From Chitinophagales bacterium (GTDB taxonomy: Bacteria; Bacteroidota; Bacteroidia; Chitinophagales; BACL12), in contig JBJXHH010000131.1 in the NCBI GenBank assembly GCA_046160675.1, positions 6,198-70,197 on the forward strand: 64,000 nucleotides of DNA. The letters run 5' to 3'. Below the pieces are notes generated by a model. The model was not told where the DNA came from. It worked only from the letters and a program-made list of their open reading frames with translations, and ran no database searches. The translations under genes and the position numbers were made by a program. Below, one piece after another: positions 46,711 to 56,511 of the stretch (position 1 is its first letter; every line of letters begins with the position of its first letter).

Positions 46711-48051
46711 ATGCAAACAAAAAAAATAGCCATTATAGGTGCCGGGTTGGTTGGTAGTCTGCTCAGTATTTATCTGCGGAAAAAAGGGTATGCAGTCGAA
46801 GTATATGAACGTCGGAGCGACATGCGTAAGTCAGGAGTTGTTGGTGGCCGATCCATTAATCTTGCTATAAGCGACCGTGGCTGGAAAGCCTTGGCCGGTG
46901 TGGGTTTGGAGGAGAAGATACGGGAACTTGCCATTCCTATGCACGGACGCATGATCCATGCACTTGACGGCTCGCTGAATTACCAGGCATACGGAAAAGA
47001 AGGACAGTTTATTAACTCAGTTTCAAGAGGACAGTTAAACATCGAACTGATGAATGCCGCTGAAAATGAAGGCGTAATATTTCATTTTCAGCAGCGCATT
47101 GTTGAAACTGATCTTGCAGGAACTTTCGCTATAATGGAAGATGAACTGCAAAAAAATAAATATGAATTGAAACCCGATCTTATCATCGGGGCAGACGGCG
47201 CATTCAGTTTATTGCGCTACACTATGATGAAAACAGATCAGTTTAATTACAGCCAACAGTATGAAGAACATAGCTACAAAGAATTACATATTCCTGCAGG
47301 CTTGAACAATTCTTTTCAGATGGAAAAAAATGCGTTGCACATCTGGCCCCGGAAAAGTTTTATGCTCATTGCTCTGCCAAATTTAGACGGAAGTTTTACC
47401 TGCACATTGTTTCATTATACAAAGGGAGAAAATTCTATTGATGCAATAAAAGATGAAAATGATCTGCTTCATTTTTTCCGGCAGAATTTTCTGGACGCCA
47501 AAAAAATGATGCCCGGGCTAGTGCAGGATTTTTTTCATAACCCAACAGGCTCCCTTGTTACTATAAAATGTTTTCCCTGGGTAAACGGAAATTCATTTTT
47601 GATAGGAGATGCGTCGCATGCCATAATCCCATTTTACGGACAGGGCATGAACTGCGGGTTTGAGGATTGTTCTGTTTTGAATGAATTAATTGATGAATAT
47701 CACCATGATTGGGGAAAAATTCTCCCCGCTTTTCAATCCTCACGGAAACAAAATACGGATGCTATAGCCGATCTTGCCAAACTGAATTTTATTGAAATGC
47801 GGGATCTTGTAGCTGATGCAGGGTTTCAACTGAAAAAGAAAGTTGCTGCAAAAGTTGCAGAAAAATATCCTGATAAATTCATTCCGGTTTACAGTATGGT
47901 TTCTTTCTCTCAGCTTCCCTATAGTGAAGCGTTGCAAGAATATAAAAGGCAGGATGATGTTTTGAACGAAATTATATTGATGAAGGATATAGAATTAAAA
48001 TGGGAAACAGAATATTTTGAACTGATCGCCAGCAAACTCATAAAAAAATAA
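46711..48051 (+). CDS. kmo: Kynurenine 3-monooxygenase
   Basis: 446 aa with IAIIGAGLVGSLL dinucleotide motif, GRSINLAISDRG, GRMIH, IIGADGAFS and the GDASHAIIPFYGQGMNCGFED fingerprint. It is colinear with bacterial and eukaryotic KMO. Confidence 0.88.
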   Translation: MQTKKIAIIGAGLVGSLLSIYLRKKGYAVEVYERRSDMRKSGVVGGRSINLAISDRGWKALAGVGLEEKIRELAIPMHGRMIHALDGSLNYQAYGKEGQFINSVSRGQLNIELMNAAENEGVIFHFQQRIVETDLAGTFAIMEDELQKNKYELKPDLIIGADGAFSLLRYTMMKTDQFNYSQQYEEHSYKELHIPAGLNNSFQMEKNALHIWPRKSFMLIALPNLDGSFTCTLFHYTKGENSIDAIKDENDLLHFFRQNFLDAKKMMPGLVQDFFHNPTGSLVTIKCFPWVNGNSFLIGDASHAIIPFYGQGMNCGFEDCSVLNELIDEYHHDWGKILPAFQSSRKQNTDAIADLAKLNFIEMRDLVADAGFQLKKKVAAKVAEKYPDKFIPVYSMVSFSQLPYSEALQEYKRQDDVLNEIILMKDIELKWETEYFELIASKLIKK

Positions 48052-48080
48052 AACCCCGCATAGGGTATCTATGCAGGGTA
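48040..48080 (-). terminator. Hairpin terminator between convergent genes (better T-tract on the minus strand)
   Basis: Stem cccgcatag / ctatgc(a)ggg at 48055-48078 with one bulge. The A-run ataaaaaaataaaa on the plus strand gives a U-tract for the minus-strand transcript. Confidence 0.6.
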
Positions 48081-48107
48081 AAATTATGATTTAGAAACCA
48101 TCGGAAA

Positions 48108-48515
48108 TTATTTTCCGCCGCCTCTTTTGTTTACATCTTTTTTAGTTTCAGTCTCTTTAACACCGCCCCGTTCATTCACATTTTTTGGGGTTTCATCAAC
48201 CTTAACGCCACCCCTATTGTCTACATCTTTCTTACCTGGAGTGGTAGTCTCGGTTTTTGTTGTCGTTGATGTTTTAGAGCCTGTGCTTGACTTGGTGGTG
48301 TTGGCTGTAGCCGGCATCATTAGTGAATCAAGCATCATTTGCATTTTACCAATAGAATCCAAAAGTGCTGTATTGTCAGCTTTGCAAATGCTGTCAGCTT
48401 TCATCATATCAGCCTTAAGTTTTTCTATTTCTTCAGCTGCTTTTTTATCTGTACAGCTTGCAAGCAAAAGACCCCCAAAAAGGATCAGGAATAAACTTTT
48501 GATTTTCATATTCAT
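48108..48515 (-). CDS. Hypothetical lipoprotein with Thr/Ser-rich linker and three C-terminal V(D/N)xRGG(V/G)K repeats
   Basis: 135 aa with lipobox LLASC. Tail reads DVDNRGGVKVDETPKNVNERGGVKETETKKDVNKRGGGK. Confidence 0.6.
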   Translation of the reverse strand: MNMKIKSLFLILFGGLLLASCTDKKAAEEIEKLKADMMKADSICKADNTALLDSIGKMQMMLDSLMMPATANTTKSSTGSKTSTTTKTETTTPGKKDVDNRGGVKVDETPKNVNERGGVKETETKKDVNKRGGGK

Positions 48516-48577
48516 TGTTGTTTAGCTTTTTGGAATAATATTTGAAAACAAAGGTACACTATTCAAACATTATACCT

Positions 48578-48585
48578 TAATTTTG
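48578..48585 (+). promoter_or_regulatory. Bacteroidota -7 consensus box TAnnTTTG (TAATTTTG)
   Basis: Exact consensus match 27 nt upstream of the ATG at 48612. Confidence 0.3.
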
Positions 48586-48611
48586 TAAAAAATTTTAATT
48601 AAAAACTAGTT

Positions 48612-49280
48612 ATGAAAAGAAGAAATCTATTGCTGAAATCAGCAATCCTATCAATGGGTTTAGCATTTGTATTTGTGGGCTGTGGTGAAGATGACCTTTC
48701 CTCTCCTGTGGTAACATTAGAAGGCGATAACCCGCAAATAATTGACCTTGGCGGAACTTACACAGAACTTGGCGCTTCAGCTACTGATGAGCAAGACGGA
48801 GACCTTTCAGCCAGCGTTACAATTGATGCAAGCGGCGTAAATACCGACAAAGTGGGTAAATATACCGTAACCTATACCGTAGTTGACGAAGCTGGTAACA
48901 CCGGTGAAAATGTAAGAGATGTATGGGTTAGAGCTACAGCTGACAACTACGTTGGTTTTTACACTGTAGTGGAAAGTTGTGCTGGTTCAATTCCTGCTTA
49001 TGAAATTGAAATTTCAAAGATCAATGCAACTACTTTAAGAGTTATAAACCTGGGTGATTTCACAGCAGGTGAAACTGTTTTTGATGTTGACATTTCCGGA
49101 GATCTGTACGATGTATTAACTATTAATGATACAGACGATACTGACCCAAGCCTCCAGTGTGATGCTTCGGGGACGTTAATCAATGGTGTAAACGGTGCAT
49201 TTGATATGAGCTGGGAATATACATTTGATGACGGCTCAGGTGTTTTCTCTTGTGATGATGTTTCAATCACTCAAGATTAA
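48612..49280 (+). CDS. Lipoprotein with Ig-like DUF5011-type domain and unknown Cys-containing C-terminal domain
   Basis: 222 aa with lipobox FVGC. PVVTLEGDNPQIIDLGGTYTELGASATDEQDGDLS...GKYTVTYTVVDEAGN is the DUF5011/HYR-like pattern. Confidence 0.7.
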   Translation: MKRRNLLLKSAILSMGLAFVFVGCGEDDLSSPVVTLEGDNPQIIDLGGTYTELGASATDEQDGDLSASVTIDASGVNTDKVGKYTVTYTVVDEAGNTGENVRDVWVRATADNYVGFYTVVESCAGSIPAYEIEISKINATTLRVINLGDFTAGETVFDVDISGDLYDVLTINDTDDTDPSLQCDASGTLINGVNGAFDMSWEYTFDDGSGVFSCDDVSITQD

Positions 49281-49300
49281 GTAAGTAAAAATCATTTTAA

Positions 49301-49330
49301 AAGCCTGCTGATTAATCAGTGGGCTTTTTT
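49301..49330 (+). terminator. Rho-independent terminator
   Basis: About 10-bp stem agcctgctga / tcagtgggct (two G-U pairs) with loop ttaa, followed by tttttt. Confidence 0.65.
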
Positions 49331-49341
49331 ACTTTTGTTAA

Positions 49342-49971
49342 ATGAAAACCCTGTTTGCTGCATGCGTAAGTACTTTATTCATCATTACCTCTTGCAAAAA
49401 AGCTGATAACATTGAGCCAATTATTCTTTTAAATCAGGACACAGTAATCCATTACATGGGAGAGGCGTATGTAGATGCAGGTACGGAGGTAATTGATGAC
49501 AAAGATTGTAATGCAGGCCCGGCAGAGATCATTGTGAATGAGGTGGATATAAACAGTTACGGAACTTATAATGTGAGATATGCTGCAAGTGATGCAGCAG
49601 GAAATAGCGCCCGTGCAACACGGTTTGTTGACATTGTTTTAAAGCCTGAGTATTATTATGATCTTACATACACCGCCACTGATGAATGTACTTCGGGAAG
49701 TTATTTTTATGACGGGCTTATTCAGGATTGTGATTGCGACAGCAATGCCGTAACCGTCGGAAACATAAGCGGGTTCGGGCTCTCCGCAACATTCACCATA
49801 CCATTGGAAGGTATTTACAATCAGGAGCTTAACCTTGATGAAACTCTTTATGACATCTCTTTTGAAGGCACTGGCATTATGAGCCCCGGTGCCGACACCA
49901 TTACTTGGAATTATTCTATTTCTGACAGTATTACTACAGATGTTTGTACCTCCACATGGGTAAAAAACTAA
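49342..49971 (+). CDS. Paralogous lipoprotein with DUF5011-type Ig-like domain
   Basis: 209 aa with lipobox ITSC. PIILLNQDTVIHYMGEAYVDAGTEVIDD...GTYNVRYAASDAAGN follows the same architecture as 48612-49280. Confidence 0.7.
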   Translation: MKTLFAACVSTLFIITSCKKADNIEPIILLNQDTVIHYMGEAYVDAGTEVIDDKDCNAGPAEIIVNEVDINSYGTYNVRYAASDAAGNSARATRFVDIVLKPEYYYDLTYTATDECTSGSYFYDGLIQDCDCDSNAVTVGNISGFGLSATFTIPLEGIYNQELNLDETLYDISFEGTGIMSPGADTITWNYSISDSITTDVCTSTWVKN

Positions 49972-50016
49972 ACCGGTATCTCAAAAAGCCGTAACTTTAT
50001 TGTTCATTTAAAAAGT

Positions 50017-51666
50017 ATGCTTCTGAAGAGTTTATCAAGCCTAACGGTTCTGGTTTTTGTTACAGCTTTATTATTCTCACAAGAAAGTAACAGAATTGCT
50101 GGGGAACTTATTGTTCAGTTACGTTATAAAACAGAGGTACGAGATTTCGAAAAACAACTTTCAGAACAAGATATACAAATTCAAAGTATTTCACCTATCT
50201 CAACAAGACTAAATCTCTGGCTTATCCATTTTGATGAAAATGTTTTTGATGCAAACCAGGCTGTGCGGGCAATAAATTCATTGAGAGATGTAGAAGTTGT
50301 ACAGTTCAATCATACCCTGCAACGCCGTAACCTACCAAATGATGATGATTTTTCCCTTCAGTGGAATATGCTTAATGATGGGGCTGGTGGTACGGTTGAT
50401 GCGGATATAGATGCCGAGGAAGCATGGGATATAACAACAGGAGGAATTACATGGAACGGTGATAGTATTGTAATAGCAGTGGTAGATGAAGGTTTTGATC
50501 TTGCACATAATGACCTGATGTTTCAGAAAAATTATTTTGAAATACCGGGAAATGGAATCGATGACGATGATAACGGATACATAGATGATTTTGACGGGTG
50601 GAATGCAACAACTGACAATGATGAGATGAGTGTAGCCTCTCACGGAACACATGTGAGTGGTATAGCTGCTGCAATTGGCGACAATGAGTTAGGGATAGCG
50701 GGGGTAAACTGGCGGGCAAAAGTGTTACCTGTCATTTGTGATGTTATTGAAAGCCAAGTGCTGGAAGCATACAGTTATGTTTTAGTGCAAAGGGAAATGT
50801 ATAATTCAACTGACGGGGCTAAAGGTTTGTACATTGTTGTGGAAAATTCTTCTTTCGGAATTGATCTTGTTGACCCTGACGACTACCCGGTTTGGTGCGC
50901 CATGTATGATACACTTGGCAAATCCGGAATATTAAGCGCTGCTGCAACTACTAATGGAAACTATAATGTTGATGTTGTAGGAGATATGCCCACAGCATGC
51001 CCCAGTGATTATCTTATCACAGTAACAAATACAAATAAATTTGACCAACTGATTTCAGGCGGTTATGGGGCAACCACTATTGATCTTGGGGCCCCGGGCA
51101 CTTCTATTTATTCAACAATTGCGGGAAACAATTTCGGAACACTTACTGGCGCCTCAATGAGTAGCCCCCATGTTGCTGGTACCGTAGCGTTGCTTATGAG
51201 TTATGCTTGCATTGATTTTCTGAATGCCTACGATGCAAACCCCTCAGAGATACTTGCTTTAAGAGAATATATTCTAGGCGGTGTAGATACACTGCTTGAT
51301 TTAACAGGAATTACTGTAAGCAATGGTAGACTGAATTTGTATAAATCACTTCAGAAACTCATAAATACATATTGCTATAATGCAATTGAAGAGCAAGAAA
51401 GCATAATAAGCGCAACTGTATTTCCAAATCCCGGTTCTGATAATATTTTTATTCATATCCATGATAAATCCTATATGAATAAAAATTTAAAAATTGAGTT
51501 AGTAAATATGCTGGGAGAAAGAATATTTTCAGAAAGCCCGGTTACTGTTGATATGCTAAAGCAGAATGGTGTTTCAGTTTATGAATATCCCCGTGGAACT
51601 TACTTGCTTACCCTTTTTGATGAAAATAATATCCTTCTGTTTTCATCGCCGGTTCTCCTTCAATAA
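50017..51666 (+). CDS. S8-family (subtilisin-like) serine peptidase with T9SS sorting domain
   Basis: 549 aa. Catalytic Asp in VAVVDEGFD (50485-50487), His in SHGTHVSG (50641-50643) and Ser in GASMSSPHVAG (51154-51156). C-terminus VFPNPGSDNIFI...GTYLLTLFD is a T9SS sorting domain. Confidence 0.88.
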   Translation: MLLKSLSSLTVLVFVTALLFSQESNRIAGELIVQLRYKTEVRDFEKQLSEQDIQIQSISPISTRLNLWLIHFDENVFDANQAVRAINSLRDVEVVQFNHTLQRRNLPNDDDFSLQWNMLNDGAGGTVDADIDAEEAWDITTGGITWNGDSIVIAVVDEGFDLAHNDLMFQKNYFEIPGNGIDDDDNGYIDDFDGWNATTDNDEMSVASHGTHVSGIAAAIGDNELGIAGVNWRAKVLPVICDVIESQVLEAYSYVLVQREMYNSTDGAKGLYIVVENSSFGIDLVDPDDYPVWCAMYDTLGKSGILSAAATTNGNYNVDVVGDMPTACPSDYLITVTNTNKFDQLISGGYGATTIDLGAPGTSIYSTIAGNNFGTLTGASMSSPHVAGTVALLMSYACIDFLNAYDANPSEILALREYILGGVDTLLDLTGITVSNGRLNLYKSLQKLINTYCYNAIEEQESIISATVFPNPGSDNIFIHIHDKSYMNKNLKIELVNMLGERIFSESPVTVDMLKQNGVSVYEYPRGTYLLTLFDENNILLFSSPVLLQ

Positions 51667-51694
51667 ATCGAGTTTTCCCCTAACCTGATTAATT

Positions 51695-53389
51695 ATGCAA
51701 AAACGCTGGGTGATAAAATCTGCTGATGAAGAAAAAACAACCCTGTTGCAGAAAGAACTTCATATTCATCCTGTGTTGTGTAAAATGCTTGTACAAAGGG
51801 GTGTAAGTAGTTATCATGATGCGAAACTTTTTTTCCGCCCTAAACTTTCTGATCTGCATGATCCTTTTCTGATGAAAAACATGGATAAAGCAATTGAACG
51901 TATTGAAAAAGCAATTACCAAAGAAGAAAAAATTTTAATATATGGTGATTATGATGTTGATGGAACAACCGCAGTAACTGTTGTATATTCATTTTTAAAA
52001 ACCTTTTATCAGCACCTTGATTTTTACATTCCTAACAGATATACTGAAGGCTACGGCATTTCTTTTAAAGGTATTGATTATGCAAAAGAAAATAATTGTA
52101 CGCTTGTAATAGCATTGGATTGCGGGATCAAATCAAATGATAAGATAGATTATGCAAACAAACTAGGCATCGATTTTATTATTTGCGATCATCATATCCC
52201 GGGTAGTGAAGTTCCAGCAGCATGCGCAGTGCTTGACCCGAAGCAAAACGATTGCCCTTACCCCTATAAAGAACTGAGCGGCTGCGGCATTGGGTTTAAA
52301 CTTATACAGGCTTTTGCACAAAAAAACAATTTTTCGTTGGAGACAATAACGCCGTTTTTGGATCTTGTAGTTATAAGCATTGCGTCAGATATTGTTCCTA
52401 TCACCGGCGAAAACCGGGTACTTGCATATTACGGGCTGCAAATCTTGAACAACAATCCCAGGAAAGGCGTAAAAGCATTAATTGAGGTAAGCGGGCTTAC
52501 GCCTCCACTCAGCATTTCGAATATTGTGTTTGGACTTGGCCCCAGGATTAATGCTGCCGGCAGATTGGATGATGCAAAAAAAGCAGTGAACATGTTACTA
52601 AGCGAAACGAACAGTATAGCAAAAGATAACGCAGATATTTTACAGGATAAGAATAATGACAGGAAAGAGATAGATAAACAGATTACTCAGGAAGCGATAA
52701 CAATGCTGCAGAATGATCCCAATGAAAAAAGTAAAGTAACAAATGTTCTTTTCAATGAACATTGGCATAAAGGCGTTGTAGGAATTGTCGCAAGTCGGGT
52801 GATCGATATTTTTTATAAACCTACCATCCTACTCACTTTGTCAAATGACATGATTGTAGGCTCTGCAAGATCAGTAAAAGGGTTTGATATTTATGAAGCA
52901 ATGAAAGGGTGCAGCGAACTACTCGAGCAGTTTGGAGGTCATATGTTCGCAGCTGGATTAACTTTAAAGCCGGAAAATCTTGAAGCATTCAAACAAAAGT
53001 TTGACAATGTTGTAAGAAAAAATATTTCGCTGGAACAATTAACTCCTGAAATAGAAATTGATGCAGAGATCTCCCTGAGCGATATTAGAATAGAGTTCTA
53101 CAATATCCTTAAGCAATTTGCCCCCTTCGGGCCCGGTAATATGTATCCTGTGTTCATGACAAAATATGTAAGTAGTAACGGACGCACAAAAATTGTGGGA
53201 GAGGGACATCTGAAATTGGGAATAAAAGACGAAAGGTTATTTCATGCTGACGGTATAGCTTTTCAAAAGGGAGATTTGTATGAGGAATTATCAGAAGGAA
53301 AAAAATTTGATGTTTGTTATTCAATTGAAGAAAATAATTTTAACGGACAGGAAAAATTGCAACTCAATGTTAGAGAAATAAAACTTTAA
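51695..53389 (+). CDS. recJ: Single-stranded-DNA-specific exonuclease RecJ
   Basis: 564 aa with DHH motifs (IYGDYDVDGTT, ALDCG, ICDHH) and DHHA1 (GGHMFAAG). Confidence 0.93.
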   Translation: MQKRWVIKSADEEKTTLLQKELHIHPVLCKMLVQRGVSSYHDAKLFFRPKLSDLHDPFLMKNMDKAIERIEKAITKEEKILIYGDYDVDGTTAVTVVYSFLKTFYQHLDFYIPNRYTEGYGISFKGIDYAKENNCTLVIALDCGIKSNDKIDYANKLGIDFIICDHHIPGSEVPAACAVLDPKQNDCPYPYKELSGCGIGFKLIQAFAQKNNFSLETITPFLDLVVISIASDIVPITGENRVLAYYGLQILNNNPRKGVKALIEVSGLTPPLSISNIVFGLGPRINAAGRLDDAKKAVNMLLSETNSIAKDNADILQDKNNDRKEIDKQITQEAITMLQNDPNEKSKVTNVLFNEHWHKGVVGIVASRVIDIFYKPTILLTLSNDMIVGSARSVKGFDIYEAMKGCSELLEQFGGHMFAAGLTLKPENLEAFKQKFDNVVRKNISLEQLTPEIEIDAEISLSDIRIEFYNILKQFAPFGPGNMYPVFMTKYVSSNGRTKIVGEGHLKLGIKDERLFHADGIAFQKGDLYEELSEGKKFDVCYSIEENNFNGQEKLQLNVREIKL

Positions 53390-53437
53390 ACATAACGTTC
53401 ATTTTAAAACCTTAAGCACCGGACTTTCAACTTTCGT

Positions 53438-54199
53438 ATGATACTTAGATCAGAAAATTTAATAAAGAAGTATAAAAAAAGAATGGTAGTGAACCATGTA
53501 TCTATCCAGGTGCGGCAAGGCGAAATTGTAGGCCTGCTTGGTCCTAACGGTGCAGGCAAAACCACTTCATTTTATATGATTGTAGGGCTCATAAAACCCG
53601 ACGAAGGAAAAGTGTTTCTTGACACTATTGACCTTACTGACATGCCAATGTATAAACGGGCGCAGATGGGGCTTGGGTATCTTCCGCAGGAAGCAAGTGT
53701 GTTTAGGAAAATGAGTGTCGAAAATAATATCGCAGCAGTATTGGAAATGACGAAACTGAACAAAACGCAACAAAAAAACAAACTAGAGGAACTAATTAGA
53801 GAGTTTGGACTAAATCATGTTCGAAAAAGCAATGGTGATGTATTAAGTGGCGGCGAAAGAAGAAGAACAGAAATAGCCAGGGCTCTTGCAACTGACCCGA
53901 AGTTTATTTTACTTGATGAGCCTTTTGCCGGCATTGACCCTATTGCAGTGGAAGATATTCAACTGATAGTAGAGAAATTGAAATTCAGAAATATTGGGGT
54001 TCTCATTACAGATCATAATGTACAGGAAACATTGTCAATCACTGACAGGGCCTATTTATTATTTGAAGGAAAAATCTTAAAACAAGGAACCGCCGAAGAG
54101 CTTGCTAAAGATGAGCAGGTGAGAAAGGTGTATCTAGGTCAAAATTTTGAATTGCGCAAAAAGAAAACAAAAGAAGAATTTTTCGCTGACCCTCCCTGA
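53438..54199 (+). CDS. lptB: LPS export ABC transporter ATP-binding protein LptB
   Basis: 253 aa with Walker [10 protein letters not shown], signature LSGGERRR and Walker [13 protein letters not shown]. The LptB-type C-terminus contains VRKVYLG. Confidence 0.9.
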   Translation: MILRSENLIKKYKKRMVVNHVSIQVRQGEIVGLLGPNGAGKTTSFYMIVGLIKPDEGKVFLDTIDLTDMPMYKRAQMGLGYLPQEASVFRKMSVENNIAAVLEMTKLNKTQQKNKLEELIREFGLNHVRKSNGDVLSGGERRRTEIARALATDPKFILLDEPFAGIDPIAVEDIQLIVEKLKFRNIGVLITDHNVQETLSITDRAYLLFEGKILKQGTAEELAKDEQVRKVYLGQNFELRKKKTKEEFFADPP

Positions 54200-54237
54200 G
54201 TTTTTACAAAACGATTTTATTGTATTTTTGAAACAAC

Positions 54238-55755
54238 ATGCATGTGTTTCATTCAATAGCGGCAGGTATTATGAAGCAGCAGATATCCCGCATACAGCGG
54301 GTTATTCAGCAGGCACCTGATACACAAGATCAAACTCTTAAAAGTTTGGTTCAGGCTGCAAAAAAAACACAGTGGGGGGAGCAGTACGATTTTGCTTCAA
54401 TTCAAACTTTTCAAGATTTTCAAAACCGGTTCCCGGTTCAGGATTATGATACTTTAAAGCCCTTTATTGATAAGATCATGCACGGGCAACAGAATATATT
54501 GTGGCCTACGCCCATCTCCTGGTTTGCCAAGTCATCTGGAACTACCAGTGATAAAAGCAAATTTATTCCTGTTACAAAGGAAGCACTGCAGCAATGTCAT
54601 TATAAAGGGGGTAGAGATACCCTTGCAATGTATCTGCATAACAACCCGCACTCTAAAATTTTTTCAGGAAAGACTTTGATTATGGGGGGCTCGCATGAAA
54701 TTAACCAACTGAATCAACATACTAAATCCAGATATGGAGATGTTAGTGCAGTAATGATGCAAAATATGCCTGCTTTTGCAAAACTTGTGAAAACGCCCAC
54801 TTTAGAAATAGCATTGATGAATGAATGGGAAAGTAAAATTGATGCAATGGCAGACTATACTTTACATCAAAACGTAACAGCTATTGCAGGTGTACCCACC
54901 TGGACAATTGTATTGTTCAGAAAACTTTTTGCAATGACAGGAAAGAACAACATGAAAGATATTTGGCGAAACCTTGAATTGTACATACATGGGGGAGTGA
55001 GTTTTAAGCCATACCGGCAGCAGTTTAAAGAACTCATAAAAGAAGAGGGTATGCATTATGTTGAAACTTATAATGCCAGTGAAGGGTTTTTTGCTTTCCA
55101 GGATCAGCTTGTTTCTGAAGAATTACTTCTCATGCCAGACTATGGAATTTTTTATGAATTCATCCCAATGGAAGAATTTGAAAATGAATATCCCAAAACA
55201 GTTTCTCTCCGGGAGGTAATAACAGGGAAAAATTATGCGATGGTAATTTCTACTAATGCGGGCCTATGGCGTTACAAAATCGGAGACACAATTAAATTTA
55301 CTTCCATTAATCCTTTCAGAATACAAATATCAGGACGGGTAAAACATTTTATTAATGCCTTCGGTGAAGAAGTGATTGTAGATAACAGTGATAAAGCGAT
55401 AGCTGAGGCTGCGTTGCAAACACAGGCAAAAGTAAATGATTACACAGCAGCGCCAATTTATATAACAGCTGAAGATAAAGGCGGCCATGAATGGATTATT
55501 GAATTTGAAAAACAGCCTGATAACATTCAACATTTTATTGAAACATTGGATGCAACCTTGAAAAAAGTAAACTCAGACTACGAAGCAAAAAGACACAAAG
55601 ACCTCGCATTGAAGATGCCGGTAGTACACATTGCAAAACAAGGCGCTTTTTATGAATGGCTGAAGAGTAAAGGAAAACTCGGAGGGCAACATAAAGTTCC
55701 CAGGTTAAGTAACGATAGAAAATACCTGGAAGAGATTCTGCCGTTTATTCAATAA
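54238..55755 (+). CDS. GH3-family (auxin-responsive-promoter-type) acyl-acid amido synthetase homologue
   Basis: 505 aa. FAKSSGTTSDKSKFIPVT (adenylation P-loop-like), YNASEGFFAFQ, RYKIGDT and the overall length fit the bacterial GH3 family common in Bacteroidota. Confidence 0.8.
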   Translation: MHVFHSIAAGIMKQQISRIQRVIQQAPDTQDQTLKSLVQAAKKTQWGEQYDFASIQTFQDFQNRFPVQDYDTLKPFIDKIMHGQQNILWPTPISWFAKSSGTTSDKSKFIPVTKEALQQCHYKGGRDTLAMYLHNNPHSKIFSGKTLIMGGSHEINQLNQHTKSRYGDVSAVMMQNMPAFAKLVKTPTLEIALMNEWESKIDAMADYTLHQNVTAIAGVPTWTIVLFRKLFAMTGKNNMKDIWRNLELYIHGGVSFKPYRQQFKELIKEEGMHYVETYNASEGFFAFQDQLVSEELLLMPDYGIFYEFIPMEEFENEYPKTVSLREVITGKNYAMVISTNAGLWRYKIGDTIKFTSINPFRIQISGRVKHFINAFGEEVIVDNSDKAIAEAALQTQAKVNDYTAAPIYITAEDKGGHEWIIEFEKQPDNIQHFIETLDATLKKVNSDYEAKRHKDLALKMPVVHIAKQGAFYEWLKSKGKLGGQHKVPRLSNDRKYLEEILPFIQ

Positions 55756-55764
55756 CTTCATAAC

Positions 55765-56508
55765 ATGAAAACATATAGAGCCATACTTGTTGATGATGAA
55801 GAGCCGGGAAGAAAAAACCTTGGCATCTTGCTAAAAAAATATTGCCCGGAGATAGAAGTAATTGCTGATGCAGCTGGCGCTGTAGAGGCAAAGCAAAAGA
55901 TAAATGTACTGCAACCTGATGTTTTATTTCTTGATGTGCAAATGCCCGAGTTAGATGGCTTTGACTTACTTGACTCTTTATCTCAGAAAAATTTTTGCGT
56001 AGTGATTGTAACAGCACATGCCGAATATGGAATACAGGCAGTGAAAGCAGGCGCCACAGATTATATCCTCAAACCTATTGTTATTAAGGAATTACAACAA
56101 GCGGTGAAAAGGGTTGTAGAAGAATCAGAAAATAAAACACAGCAAATTTCATCTTCAAAAGTGCAAACACATGAACGCATTACTCTTACTCACACTAATG
56201 GTTTCGCCATTCTTGAACTACAGGATATTATCAAGCTTGAGGCAGATGATAATTATACTAGAGTCTATACTTCTGATAAAAAAACATATTATGTATCTAA
56301 GCCCCTCAAACAATTTGAAGATAATTTACCTGAAAAAATTTTTTTTCGGCTTCATCGTTCGTATATCATTAACATAAAGCATGTTGTTGAATACACCCGG
56401 GAAGATGGGGGTATGGTGATTATGCGGGATGGCGCAAAAATTCAGATCCCCCGGGCAAGATATAATGATTTTATGGAAGCGATGAAAAGACAATCCATTC
56501 AACTATAA
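55765..56508 (+). CDS. LytTR-family response regulator
   Basis: 247 aa with a receiver domain (AILVDDE...LFLDVQMPELDG) and a C-terminal LytTR DNA-binding domain (FFRLHRSYIINIKHV). Confidence 0.9.
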   Translation: MKTYRAILVDDEEPGRKNLGILLKKYCPEIEVIADAAGAVEAKQKINVLQPDVLFLDVQMPELDGFDLLDSLSQKNFCVVIVTAHAEYGIQAVKAGATDYILKPIVIKELQQAVKRVVEESENKTQQISSSKVQTHERITLTHTNGFAILELQDIIKLEADDNYTRVYTSDKKTYYVSKPLKQFEDNLPEKIFFRLHRSYIINIKHVVEYTREDGGMVIMRDGAKIQIPRARYNDFMEAMKRQSIQL

Positions 56509-56511
56509 AGG

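Noticed and set aside
48127-48525. 132-aa plus-strand ORF mirroring the lipoprotein gene 48108-48515
   Set aside because: The minus-strand product has a proper signal peptide and lipobox (LLASC). The plus-strand product is a low-complexity Val/Ser/Phe/Leu mirror with no start context. I treat it as an antisense shadow ORF.
49330-49337. TACTTTTG box (exact TAnnTTTG) upstream of the second DUF5011 lipoprotein gene
   Set aside because: It ends only 5 nt before the ATG at 49342 and overlaps the T-tract of the preceding terminator. A transcript started from it would begin inside the coding sequence.
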